Source: an uncultured Fibrobacterota bacterium (GTDB lineage: Bacteria; Fibrobacterota; Chitinivibrionia; Chitinivibrionales; FEN-1185). Taken from it: DNA of 64,000 nucleotides. The position numbers were made by a program, and so were the translations under genes. Where the stretch lies: assembly GCA_963729895.1 (NCBI GenBank), contig CAVSQB010000018.1:68314-132313 (forward strand). Reading direction: 5' to 3'. How positions within the stretch are numbered: the first letter of the stretch is position 1; every line of letters starts with the position of its first letter. A model generated the notes under the pieces. The model was not told the DNA's origin. It ran no database searches and was given only the letters and a program-made list of their open reading frames with translations. Positions 45,220 through 54,592 of this stretch are shown in pieces.

Positions 45220-46836
45220 TCAAGCTCTTCTTAGCACCTTTATCGCAAACTTCCGTATGTCGATCACCTTTGCAAGATGCAATACGCCTGCCGTTGCCGC
45301 AAAAGCAGGGATGCCGGCGCCTGCGGCAATACACGCATGTTGGACAAAAGAATGGTCGCCCACCCAGGGAACCAGCAGGAGTTTGATGCCGAGAGAGACC
45401 GATGCGCCCGCTGCAGCAACGATTGCCACTTTGCGGAAAAGCAAAAGCGTCGCGTAGAAATCCGAACGAAAGGAGTGACGGTTTTCCCACGTCCAGTAGA
45501 GAATGAAGAACTGGACGGTCATTGCGGCGGATGACGCCAGCGCTATGCCCATGGCGCCAAGCAGCCGGCTTAACAGGAGGTAACAGGGAACGCTCGCCAG
45601 GGCGACGCAGGTGCTTGTCACCATGGGAAAGATCATCTTTTGCTCGGCGTAGAAGCTGCGCATCACGATGGTGCTTGCGGCAAAGGGAAATGCGCCGATG
45701 AGATATACGGCAAGCACGGGCGCAGTGGCCGCGGTTGATGCCGCGTCGAAACGGCCGTGTTGGTATAAAACGGCGATAATCTGCGAGGAGAGCGGGATCA
45801 GCACGCCGACGCAGGGAATAAGAAAGGCCGCGATTCTCCTGGTTATGCCGTTAAGCAGGCCGTTCATCTCGCCGTATCGCTTCTCCGCGGCAAGCCTCGA
45901 CAGGAACGGATACGACGCGACGCCCGCGGCCTGGCCGAACACGCCCACGAAGATCATCATTGTCCGAAGCGAATAGTTGATACTTGCGAGCGCCCCTTTC
46001 TGCAGAAACGAGCCGAAGTAACGAAAGAAGAGCTCGTTCGAAAACGTCATGCCGAGGCCGAGGATGAGCGGCAGCGTAAGCAACACGTACCGTTTGAGGT
46101 CCGGGTCTTTCCAGTCGAGCGCCGGCCTGAAACGCATTCCCACCGCAAACGCGCCGGGAAGCTGCACGAGAACGTTTCCGACAAACGCGCCGATGAGAAC
46201 ACCCCAGGCGAAGCCTTCGACCCCGAGACCGAAGAACCGGTGGCAGATCATTCCCATGGCTATGATCCCGAGGTTGTAACAGAGCGGCAGCAGGGCAGGA
46301 AGGAAGAACCGGTTGTTCGCGTATTGAACCGCCATGAGAAACGCGCCCCAGTAAAACAGCAATTGTGCGGGCATGATGATCCTGGTGAGCCGTATCGTGA
46401 GCCCGGCGGGCGCTCCGTGGCCCAGCAGCCCCACTATCCTGTCTGTAAACACGATGCTTGCAAGTATCAACACGCCCAGCACCGCCGTGCCTATTGTCAG
46501 GAGGTTTGAAAAGACCCGCCACGATTTCTCGCGTTCGCCGCTCACGAGATACTTCTGAAAGATGGGAATAAAGGTGATCGAAAGAAAGCCGCCGGCAAGC
46601 AGGTGGTTAAGCAATTCCGGGATGAGGAACGCGGCCACGTAGGCGTTCATATCGCTCGTTGTGCCGAAGTACCCTGCCAGAACCTGTTCGCGTACAAGTC
46701 CCATGACTCTGCTCACAAGCACCGAAGCCATCATGATGACCGATGCAATGGCAATGGAGCGTTTGAGGTCGGGAGGTCTGGCAGGATAAGCAACAGTAGG
46801 CATTCGATGGTTACCGCGCGAAAAAACAAGGCTCAT
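45220..46836 (-). CDS. murJ: lipid II flippase MurJ (MviN family)
   Basis: 14-TM MOP-superfamily pattern. N-terminus SVLVSRVMGLVREQVLAGYFG is typical of MurJ. 538 aa. Confidence 0.9.
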   Translation of the reverse strand: MSLVFSRGNHRMPTVAYPARPPDLKRSIAIASVIMMASVLVSRVMGLVREQVLAGYFGTTSDMNAYVAAFLIPELLNHLLAGGFLSITFIPIFQKYLVSGEREKSWRVFSNLLTIGTAVLGVLILASIVFTDRIVGLLGHGAPAGLTIRLTRIIMPAQLLFYWGAFLMAVQYANNRFFLPALLPLCYNLGIIAMGMICHRFFGLGVEGFAWGVLIGAFVGNVLVQLPGAFAVGMRFRPALDWKDPDLKRYVLLTLPLILGLGMTFSNELFFRYFGSFLQKGALASINYSLRTMMIFVGVFGQAAGVASYPFLSRLAAEKRYGEMNGLLNGITRRIAAFLIPCVGVLIPLSSQIIAVLYQHGRFDAASTAATAPVLAVYLIGAFPFAASTIVMRSFYAEQKMIFPMVTSTCVALASVPCYLLLSRLLGAMGIALASSAAMTVQFFILYWTWENRHSFRSDFYATLLLFRKVAIVAAAGASVSLGIKLLLVPWVGDHSFVQHACIAAGAGIPAFAATAGVLHLAKVIDIRKFAIKVLRRA

Positions 46837-46885
46837 GCAGATGCCATGAGCCTCAGGATTGCGTAAGGGTTATTTCCCGTGTAAA

Positions 46886-47173
46886 CTATTTTCTCTTTTT
46901 CTTGCCTTTTGGGGCACCGCCGAGGATACGGTAGGTCTGGGAAACGGAAAGGCCGAACTTTTTGGCAAGCGACATTCCCGTATTTCCGGTTTTGTATGCC
47001 TTCAAGATTTTCGAGTTGCGCTCGTCGTTCTTTGCGATAACCGACTCGATACCGTACTTGTTCCGAAGCTGATGGACTGCTTGACGGGTTATGCCGAACC
47101 GCTCGCCGATAGCCTCGTCGGTCTTGAATTTTTTCTGCAGTGCAATGAGTTCCGTTTTGCTGATTTTCGCCAT
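46886..47173 (-). CDS. small dual-HTH DNA-binding protein (95 aa), paralog A
   Basis: ATG at 47173 with GAGGAG upstream. MAKISKTELIALQKKFKTDEAIGERFGITRQAVHQLRNKYG...LAKKFGLSVSQTYRIL. Paralog of 43635-43919. Confidence 0.6.
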   Translation of the reverse strand: MAKISKTELIALQKKFKTDEAIGERFGITRQAVHQLRNKYGIESVIAKNDERNSKILKAYKTGNTGMSLAKKFGLSVSQTYRILGGAPKGKKKRK

Positions 47174-47352
47174 ACCGTGAATGCTCCTCTCATAATGGAA
47201 GTTCACTGCATATAATATAAAAAGACGGCTGCCATTATGCAACTGTTTTTTGTTGCAATGTGTAAACCTCGCAGGAATGCAAGTTGCATCCGCGCGCATC
47301 GGAGAGGTAGTTTCTAGTTGCACCACCACCCGCCGCGGAGAATGCGCAGCTC

Positions 47353-48801
47353 ATGCACGAAGAAATGATTGCCTATATACGGGATCACGCACCGGTTTCC
47401 TCGATCGACCTTGCAACGGGATTCCTCAAGTTCAAAAATCCCGACGAGAAGATTGCCCATGCCGCAATTCTGGGAATCCTTTCCAAAGACGCGCGATGCT
47501 GTTTCGGCAATGACAATTTGTGGCGGCCCGTGGCCCGGACCGTGCAGACGTCCGCGTCGCCCAGGCTCGCCGATATTGCCTGGGCAGCCGTGTACTTGCT
47601 TGTCCTTCCGGAAAATCTCTTCAGGCCGGTGCATGTTTCGGTGTGGACCGTTTCCGAACTTCCGGAACTGCTGTTCGAGCGGTGGCTCGTAGACCCGGAC
47701 GTGCTCCCCTTTGAGGAACAGGAACTTCTTAAGAGCGTCCGAGACACATCGCCCGACCAGGAAACCATGCCGGAAAAGGCCGCGCTTCTGGTTCGCGCTT
47801 GCGAAGCGAGAACGCCGGTTTTTCTTTCGTGGAGACAACAGGCATTGTTCGCACGGTTGGCGGGCGAGGCCGGCTTCCCGCCGGCCGATAATGCCGTGCT
47901 CGCGGGGACGCTTTTTTCCTGCTGCAAACAGCCGGCCCCGAGGCCGCTCACTCTTGACTCGTGCAATAAGGCCCTGTTCGGTGCAGTGGCGGCGGGCGGT
48001 TATGCCTACAAGCACGGCGAGTACTTTGCCCTCTGCTGCCAGGAATTGTTGGGGATGTTGTCGGAGAAAGGCGTGGTCCTTCTTTCGGAGCTCGAGGCCG
48101 CCGAGCAGGAGGAGCTTTCGGCAATTGACTTTTCGGGAAAGGCGTTTTCTCGCGAGGATATCGTAAACGCGCCGCAGGCCCCGGGCGTGTACGGGTTCAA
48201 GACAAAGAGCGGCGGCCACCTGTACATCGGCAAGGCCGTCAACCTCAGACGGCGGCTGATGAGCTACTTCCGCTCCACGGATGAATCACCCGACAAGCTG
48301 TCTCGCATACGGGCCGAATCCCATTTCCTTGTTACCTACCGGTGCGGTTCGGAACTCGAAAGCCTGGTGTATGAATATCGCCTCATTCGGAAGCACGGGC
48401 CGATCCTCAACAGGCAGGCGGCGATAGCGGAGCGAAACGGCGCTTTCCAGCCGATTGACGACAGCGTTGTGCTTCTCCCGCATGCCGAGCCGGACAAATG
48501 CATGTCGGTCTGGTTCAGGAGGAACCAGAAAGTGAACCTGCGGCAGTTCTTTTCCGATTTTCGCGACACTGCGGCCATGGAAGCGGAGCTTGATGAGTTC
48601 TTCTTCGGCGGTGCGCTGTTGCCAAGCCCAACCGATTTCCCGGAGCAGGAAATCGCCACGCGCTGGGTAAAACAGCACAAAGATGAATTGTGCATTGTCC
48701 CGGTGAGCAGGTCCGGATCGGGCAGGGAACTGTGGAAAATGATAATGAGTTTCTGGAAGGACTGCAAGGGACAAGTGAAATCCGGAATTGATGAAGGATG
48801 A
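47353..48801 (+). CDS. GIY-YIG nuclease domain protein with an uncharacterised N-terminal ~270 aa
   Basis: GIY-YIG motif region PGVYGFKTKSGGHLYIGKAVNLRRRLMSYF...ESLVYEYRLIRKHGPILN (UvrC/Cho-like N-terminal domain type). Confidence 0.6.
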   Translation: MHEEMIAYIRDHAPVSSIDLATGFLKFKNPDEKIAHAAILGILSKDARCCFGNDNLWRPVARTVQTSASPRLADIAWAAVYLLVLPENLFRPVHVSVWTVSELPELLFERWLVDPDVLPFEEQELLKSVRDTSPDQETMPEKAALLVRACEARTPVFLSWRQQALFARLAGEAGFPPADNAVLAGTLFSCCKQPAPRPLTLDSCNKALFGAVAAGGYAYKHGEYFALCCQELLGMLSEKGVVLLSELEAAEQEELSAIDFSGKAFSREDIVNAPQAPGVYGFKTKSGGHLYIGKAVNLRRRLMSYFRSTDESPDKLSRIRAESHFLVTYRCGSELESLVYEYRLIRKHGPILNRQAAIAERNGAFQPIDDSVVLLPHAEPDKCMSVWFRRNQKVNLRQFFSDFRDTAAMEAELDEFFFGGALLPSPTDFPEQEIATRWVKQHKDELCIVPVSRSGSGRELWKMIMSFWKDCKGQVKSGIDEG

Positions 48802-49007
48802 GAAACTTCTTCATGAGCGGGGCAGTCTCTGCAGCGACTCAAAACAATCCGGATTCCTGTAAGGTTCCGCCTTCCCGGATGTTCACTGGGGTGAACATGA
48901 TGTATTTAATGGCCGCACAATCACGAAAATTTCCTTATTATATTGATTGAACCGTCAGTTGAGAATAAATGTCCTAGCAATCACTATTTAAGGGGAGGGG
49001 GAAGTCC

Positions 49008-51836
49008 ATGTCAAGGAAACTTTTGGTATGTGTGAGTTTTCTGGTGTTCGTTGCCGCTGCAGTGTGTTGGGGCGACACGTACACTGGGGAACCGAGCAAC
49101 AGGGTGAAGATCAACCTGGGAGCGACACCGTGGAAATTCATCCGATCCGACCCGGCAACGGCGAGCACCGTGGCTTTCAACGATGCATCGTATCCCAATG
49201 TGGGTATTCCGTACACTTGGGCAGACACCGAATCGTTTCTCAACATGCCGTCGGGCGGCGGTGACGGCAACATGGAGGGCGGCCCGTTCTGGTACCGGAA
49301 ACATTTCACCCTAGACAACGCCTATGCAGGCCGGAAGATATTCGTGGAGTTCGAGGGCGTCCACATCGGGTGCCAGGTGTATGTCAACGGCACGTTCATG
49401 CCGGGAAACAGCGCGGAGAACCCGCAGGCCACGCACGTGATAGGCTTTATAGGTTTCGTCCTCGAAATGACAAGCCTTGTTAATTTCGGCGGGGCAGATA
49501 ATGTAATTGCCGTCCGGGTTTCCAAGAGCCAGGGATTCTACGCTGACCCGGGTTTTTCCGAAGTCTTTCGCTTTGGGCAGGCGGACGGGGGCATTTTTAG
49601 GCCGGTATGGCTTCACATCACCGATCCGGTACATGTGCCGCTCAACGTGTATTCGTGCGTTAACCAATGGGGGACCTATGTCGCGGCGCAGACCGTGGCC
49701 AATGACGGATCCTCGGCAACCGTAGACGTAAAGACAAACGTGCAGAACGAGGGCGCTGCAGCATCAAGTGTCACCCTCACCACCAAGATTGTCGATGCAA
49801 CCAATACGGTGGTATATTCCGGCGACGCCACGCAGTCGATCGGCGCAGGAACAAGCTACGTCTTTGACCAGACCGCTACAGTTGCAAACCCAAACTTGTG
49901 GTACCCCAACAACAGTCCCTACGGGAAACCGTATATGTACAAAGTGTACCATATCCTTAAAGTCAACGGGGCCACCGTTGACGTTTTTACGGACAACTAT
50001 GGGATCCACGTCCTTACATGGGACCAGAATTTCCCCTATTTTAACGGACACAAACACCTGCTGTACGGCGCCTCGGCGAGGTACGATTATCCTGCGCTCG
50101 GAACGGCGCTCCCCCCCGAGGTTGAGTGGCGCGACGCAAAGCTGCTTGCCGACATCGGCGGCAGCCTGTGGCGGCCCGGTCATTCGTCGTGCAGCGCGGG
50201 ATTTGTTGAGGCATGCGACAACGAGGGAATCATGCTCATCCAGCCGAGCGGCGATGGCGAGGGCTCGTTCAACGGAGTGGCGCCCACCGACGCGAAAGGC
50301 ATACTCAAAAGCGAGATACAGCGCGACGTAGTAATCCGGGACAGGAACCATCCGTCCATCCTTGCGTGGGAGATAGACAACGGCGGGAACTCCCTGGCAT
50401 TGTCCCAGGCGCTGACGGCGCTTATCGCGCAGTGGGAACCCGTCAACCCGCATGTGACCGCCGACCGTACACCAAATCCAGCATATGGCTTCCTGCTTTC
50501 CTGCACGGTTGTCGGATGCGAAATCGGCGTTAAGAACCAGTATCCCAACAACCCGGCCTGGGGCGCGGAGTGGTGGAGCGACTACGGCAGGATGGCGAGG
50601 TTCGAGTACGATTACGAACTTGCCTTCTGCGCCGATTACATGAATACATGGGTGAACAGCAGAGCCAAGAACTGCTTCGGCATGGCGCAATGGTACATGT
50701 CCGAAACGCCGGGCGAGGATGGTGTGTCACTTCCCTTCAAAAATCTAGCCACCCCGCCGAAGGCAAGGTCGTTCGAGTGCTCAATGATGGATTTCAACCG
50801 CATTCCCAAACTCCTGTACTACGGGTATCAGGCCTGCTGGATTCCAAACGCCACAAAGCCTGTGGTAAAGATTGGAAACCACTGGAACAGGTCGGGCACA
50901 GTAATGGTCTATGGGTTCAGCAACTGCCCGAAGGTGCGTCTATCTGTCAACGGTACCGTGGTCAGCACGCAAACCCCCAACCCGCTAACGGGAGTCGCGC
51001 CCAACAACGATCACTCCCAGACCACCACCCAGTTGCCATGCGAGGTCTGGTGGAATAACGTCCCCTTTGCGGCCGGTACCGTGAAGGCTGAAGGGCTTGA
51101 CGGAAATGGAAACGTGGTATGTGTCGACTCGGAAGTGACGGCCGGCACTCCCGACCATATCGTGCTCACGGTTGACCCGCACGTGGTAAAACCCGACGGC
51201 GAAGTCTTCCAATTCATGGCGAACGGATCGGACGCGGCCCTTATCCTCGCCACCGTGGTCGATGCGAACGGAAACTGGTGCCCAACGGACAGCGGTTTGA
51301 TAACCTGGCATGTTTCCGGACCAGGCCAATACAGGGGAGGCTCGGACCAATACGTTAACGCCGCCAAGCCGTTTTCCTGGCACGCGCCCGGCGATACCGA
51401 ATTGACCATTGAAGGTGGAAAGTGCAAGGTGGCTGTGCGAACTACCTTCACAACCGGTACGGTAACGGTCAGTGCAAATTCGGCGGGATTGGGTTCCGGA
51501 ACAACGTCGTTCACGGTTGGTTCCGTCACCACGCCGGTAACCTACCGCATTCCTGCCGCCATGGCACCGCGTTCAATGGTTCCGACACTTAAGATAGGGG
51601 TGTCCGGCTCAACGATCCGCTATTACATCAGTTCGCCGGCCGTTGTCGCCGTGGATCTCATCTCTGCAAGCGGCAAAGTAGTAATGAGGGTGCCGGCGGC
51701 AAAGCAGTCGCTGGGCTGGCATCAGATTCAAAGCGCGGCGGTTGCCGGCGCGGCAAAAGCCGCGGGAGTGTATTTTGCGAGATTTTCGCTCGACGGCGGA
51801 TATCAGTGCGTAAAGCGGATCCTTGTTTCGGACTAG
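49008..51836 (+). CDS. glycoside hydrolase family 2-like secreted protein with C-terminal sorting domain
   Basis: Signal peptide. GH2 sugar-binding motif (FWYRKHFTLDNAYAGRKIFVEFEGVHIGCQVYVNG). TIM-barrel motif NHPSILAW. Ig-like repeats. C-terminal CTD (GVYFARFSLDGGYQCVKRILVSD). Confidence 0.7.
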   Translation: MSRKLLVCVSFLVFVAAAVCWGDTYTGEPSNRVKINLGATPWKFIRSDPATASTVAFNDASYPNVGIPYTWADTESFLNMPSGGGDGNMEGGPFWYRKHFTLDNAYAGRKIFVEFEGVHIGCQVYVNGTFMPGNSAENPQATHVIGFIGFVLEMTSLVNFGGADNVIAVRVSKSQGFYADPGFSEVFRFGQADGGIFRPVWLHITDPVHVPLNVYSCVNQWGTYVAAQTVANDGSSATVDVKTNVQNEGAAASSVTLTTKIVDATNTVVYSGDATQSIGAGTSYVFDQTATVANPNLWYPNNSPYGKPYMYKVYHILKVNGATVDVFTDNYGIHVLTWDQNFPYFNGHKHLLYGASARYDYPALGTALPPEVEWRDAKLLADIGGSLWRPGHSSCSAGFVEACDNEGIMLIQPSGDGEGSFNGVAPTDAKGILKSEIQRDVVIRDRNHPSILAWEIDNGGNSLALSQALTALIAQWEPVNPHVTADRTPNPAYGFLLSCTVVGCEIGVKNQYPNNPAWGAEWWSDYGRMARFEYDYELAFCADYMNTWVNSRAKNCFGMAQWYMSETPGEDGVSLPFKNLATPPKARSFECSMMDFNRIPKLLYYGYQACWIPNATKPVVKIGNHWNRSGTVMVYGFSNCPKVRLSVNGTVVSTQTPNPLTGVAPNNDHSQTTTQLPCEVWWNNVPFAAGTVKAEGLDGNGNVVCVDSEVTAGTPDHIVLTVDPHVVKPDGEVFQFMANGSDAALILATVVDANGNWCPTDSGLITWHVSGPGQYRGGSDQYVNAAKPFSWHAPGDTELTIEGGKCKVAVRTTFTTGTVTVSANSAGLGSGTTSFTVGSVTTPVTYRIPAAMAPRSMVPTLKIGVSGSTIRYYISSPAVVAVDLISASGKVVMRVPAAKQSLGWHQIQSAAVAGAAKAAGVYFARFSLDGGYQCVKRILVSD

Positions 51837-51847
51837 ACAGACGGATT

Positions 51848-51905
51848 ACGACGGCACAAAAGGAAAAAGCCCCGATCGCGGGGCCTTTTCCTTTTGTGCC
51901 GTCGT
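51848..51905. terminator. long hairpin terminator between convergent genes
   Basis: ACGACGGCACAAAAGGAAAAAGCCCC-gatcgc-GGGGCCTTTTCCTTTTGTGCCGTCGT. About 25 bp of stem with one mismatch, followed by CTTTT. It fills the gap between the GH2 stop (51836) and the GT2 stop (51909). Confidence 0.7.
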
Positions 51906-51908
51906 CTT

Positions 51909-53189
51909 TTACCGCGACTTCCTCGAAAACCGCTGGCCTTTCCAGGTGAACCGTCCGAACACGCCGAGCGCCACCGCGGCCAGTACTACCGGAAGCTGGA
52001 TGAGCGAGGCCGGCGCCAGAAACTTCAAGAGCCGTTTCTCGCCGAACAGGCGCGCGCCCGGCACCATGAGGACCGCCTCGCCAAGCACCTTGACAAGCAG
52101 CATTCCCCCGCAGGCCGCAAAGGCGTCGGGCGAAAAAAACCCCCCGCAGAAGGTCGCCGCGATCACGGCGTAAAAGAGGAACACGCTCGACAGAAGGCAC
52201 ACTTGCTTTGTGCTGTAATGGACCGTTTTCGATCCCCATCGTTTGCGCTGCTCGAACAGGCCCCAAAAAGTGGGGGTGGGCCGGGTGCCGACTTTCCCGT
52301 CGTTATCTGCCATGTACCGGATGCGCCATTTTCCGCTTCGCCATATCCGCTGAAGAAGCAAGTCGTCGTCGCCGGAAATCACGGCGCCGTGTACGCCGTA
52401 CCCGTTTGCCTCTGCAAACGCCGTTCTTCTAAAGGCAAAATTGTTCGCGTTGGAATTGAGGGGCAGGTTTGCGCCGATGGCCGCGGCCGACACCACGCCA
52501 TGCGAGAGAAAGTCGACCGCCTGAAGGCCGAAGAAGACCTGACTCATTCCGGAAACGTATTCGTACGCGGAAATGCCCTGGACCAAGCCTGTTTGCTTGT
52601 CGAGATACCGGTCGATGGTTTCCAGCCATGTGGCAAGGACCACGCAATCTGCATCTGTAAAGACAATGATCTCGTTGCGCGCCGCCGCGATTCCCCGGCC
52701 GACGGCGTGCTTCTTTGGGGACATTCCCGGCGGGGTCTTGTCCACCGTAATGACCGACACGTTGGGACAGCGCCCCGCAATTGCACCCGCAACAGTTGCG
52801 GTGGCGTCGGAGGAGCGGTCGTTGACAATGATAACTTCGTAGCGGGCCGGACTTATCGTTTGGGACAGGACCGACGTCATGCATCTTTCAATGTTTTGCT
52901 CTTCGTTGTGGGCCGCGATGACAACGGAGAAGGTGAGGTTGTTTGGAGTGCTGGGCGGTATTGAAAGGCGGCGAAGGCCCGCTAAGAGGAAGATGATGAT
53001 GCAGAAGTAAACGAGGGAGAGGCTCGCCGGAATAATTACAAAGAGTAGCGTCATTAGCGAATCGCTTGGCATGGCGGACTTTGCAGCGCCGGGCCAAGCA
53101 TGTTCCTTTCGGTCTTTAAGATACGCTGCGGACCACGCGTACGCCATCATTTTGAGCAGTTTCCGGCGTTGCAGAAAGAATCTTCGCAC
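51909..53189 (-). CDS. membrane-bound processive-type family 2 glycosyltransferase
   Basis: N-terminal TM, GT2 core (FSVVIAAHNEEQNIERC, IIVNDRSSD, FTDADC), QRKRWGSK (QxxRW-like) and C-terminal TM helices. Start uncertain. Confidence 0.7.
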   Translation of the reverse strand: MRRFFLQRRKLLKMMAYAWSAAYLKDRKEHAWPGAAKSAMPSDSLMTLLFVIIPASLSLVYFCIIIFLLAGLRRLSIPPSTPNNLTFSVVIAAHNEEQNIERCMTSVLSQTISPARYEVIIVNDRSSDATATVAGAIAGRCPNVSVITVDKTPPGMSPKKHAVGRGIAAARNEIIVFTDADCVVLATWLETIDRYLDKQTGLVQGISAYEYVSGMSQVFFGLQAVDFLSHGVVSAAAIGANLPLNSNANNFAFRRTAFAEANGYGVHGAVISGDDDLLLQRIWRSGKWRIRYMADNDGKVGTRPTPTFWGLFEQRKRWGSKTVHYSTKQVCLLSSVFLFYAVIAATFCGGFFSPDAFAACGGMLLVKVLGEAVLMVPGARLFGEKRLLKFLAPASLIQLPVVLAAVALGVFGRFTWKGQRFSRKSR

Positions 53190-53434
53190 GTCTTTCGCCG
53201 GTTGGCGGCCTTGACGGCCGGCACCGGGGTAGGGGCACCGAGAATGTTGACATCAACCACCGGGCACCTTATAATCAACAGGAGGGCGGCAAGACGGGGC
53301 GGCATTTTTATGAGGATCTTTACGGACTGTGCCGGAGCCTCGCGAACACAACCCATTTCCAGCGCCGATCCGTGAGGCGTGCCGGTGGCGCAACAAGGTT
53401 AGCGCTCTGGATCGGACAAAAGGGACTAAACGGC

Positions 53435-54572
53435 ATGAAAGCAGTCCTTCTGGAAGACGTCAAGAAGCTTGCAGTGCGCAACATTCCCGATCCTGTACCC
53501 AAGGCGCGCGAGGTACTGATCCTGGTAAAGGCAGTGGGGGTGTGCGGAACGGACATCCACATCTATCAGGGTCACGGCAATTGGAATTTCGACGTTCGTG
53601 GCCGGGCTATTCCCTTGTCTGAGAATCCTCAGATCCTTGGGCACGAATTCAGCGGCGAGGTACTGGAGACCGGGAATGGCGTGAAAGACCTGGCGCCCGG
53701 CGATCGCGTGCTGTGCGACCAGGGAGAAAACTGCATGAGCCAGGGGCGCTTGCCTCTATGCGAATATTGCGCTTCCGGCGATTCACACCAGTGCCTTTAC
53801 TATGGCGAACACGGTGTTACCGGTCTGTCGGGAGCTTTGGCACAGTATATCTGCATGCCGGCAGTCAATTGTCTGAAGATTCCCCGCAGCATGTCCTTCG
53901 AACAGGGTGCGCTCGTGGAGCCGCTCGCGTGCATCATTCATGCCATGGATTTGGTCGAGCGCGCCCATGCCCGTTTCACATTCTCCGGCCGGCATCGCAT
54001 CCGCACTGTTCTCATCGTCGGAGCCGGTCCGGCGGGATTGCTTTTTCTCCAGTACTTGCGAAACGTCAAGCGGTTCGAGGGGCGGGTTCTGGTTACGGAC
54101 CTTCGCGAGACGTGTCTGAACCTGGTAGAAAAATTCGGCGGCTCGCGCCTCGCTGCCGTCCGCGGCGAGATTGCTGCGGCTGTGATGGATAGTACCGGCG
54201 GGAGACCGGGTGCATTGCCTGATTGATGCCTGTGGAAGCGCGGAGGTGCTGGTGCAGGCACCCGGCCTGCTGCACAAACAGGGAACCCTGATGATTTACG
54301 GGGCCGGCCATAAAGACAAGGACATCGGTATTCTTGGCCCGGTGTTGTTTCTGGAGCCGACGTTACTCACGTCGGTGGGCGCGTCAGGAGGGTTTGACCA
54401 GGACGGCCGTCCCACAACCTACCGCCGGGCTTCGGAGCTGATAAGCGGCGGGACAATTCAGGTTATGCCGCTCGTTACCCACCGTTACACCTCCTTGGAG
54501 ACCATACACATGGCGTTTGATGCGGATTTTAGGCACGACAACTATATAAAGGGAATGCTGAACCTGGGTTGA
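53435..54572 (+). pseudogene. zinc-dependent medium-chain alcohol/polyol dehydrogenase, frameshifted
   Basis: MKAVLLEDVKKL..., GVCGTDIHIYQG, GHEFSGEV, GAGPAGLLFLQY (Rossmann) in one frame up to 54226. The remainder (HCLIDACGSAEVL...GTLMIYG...) continues in the +1 frame from about 54210. Confidence 0.65.
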
Positions 54573-54592
54573 TGAAGGGATGTTTGCGGTTG

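Noticed and set aside
47174-47352. A sigma-54 promoter suggested by several TTGCA elements
   Set aside because: No properly spaced GG (-24) element accompanies any of the TTGCA (-12-like) motifs. The motifs pair as palindromes, which fits operator sites better.
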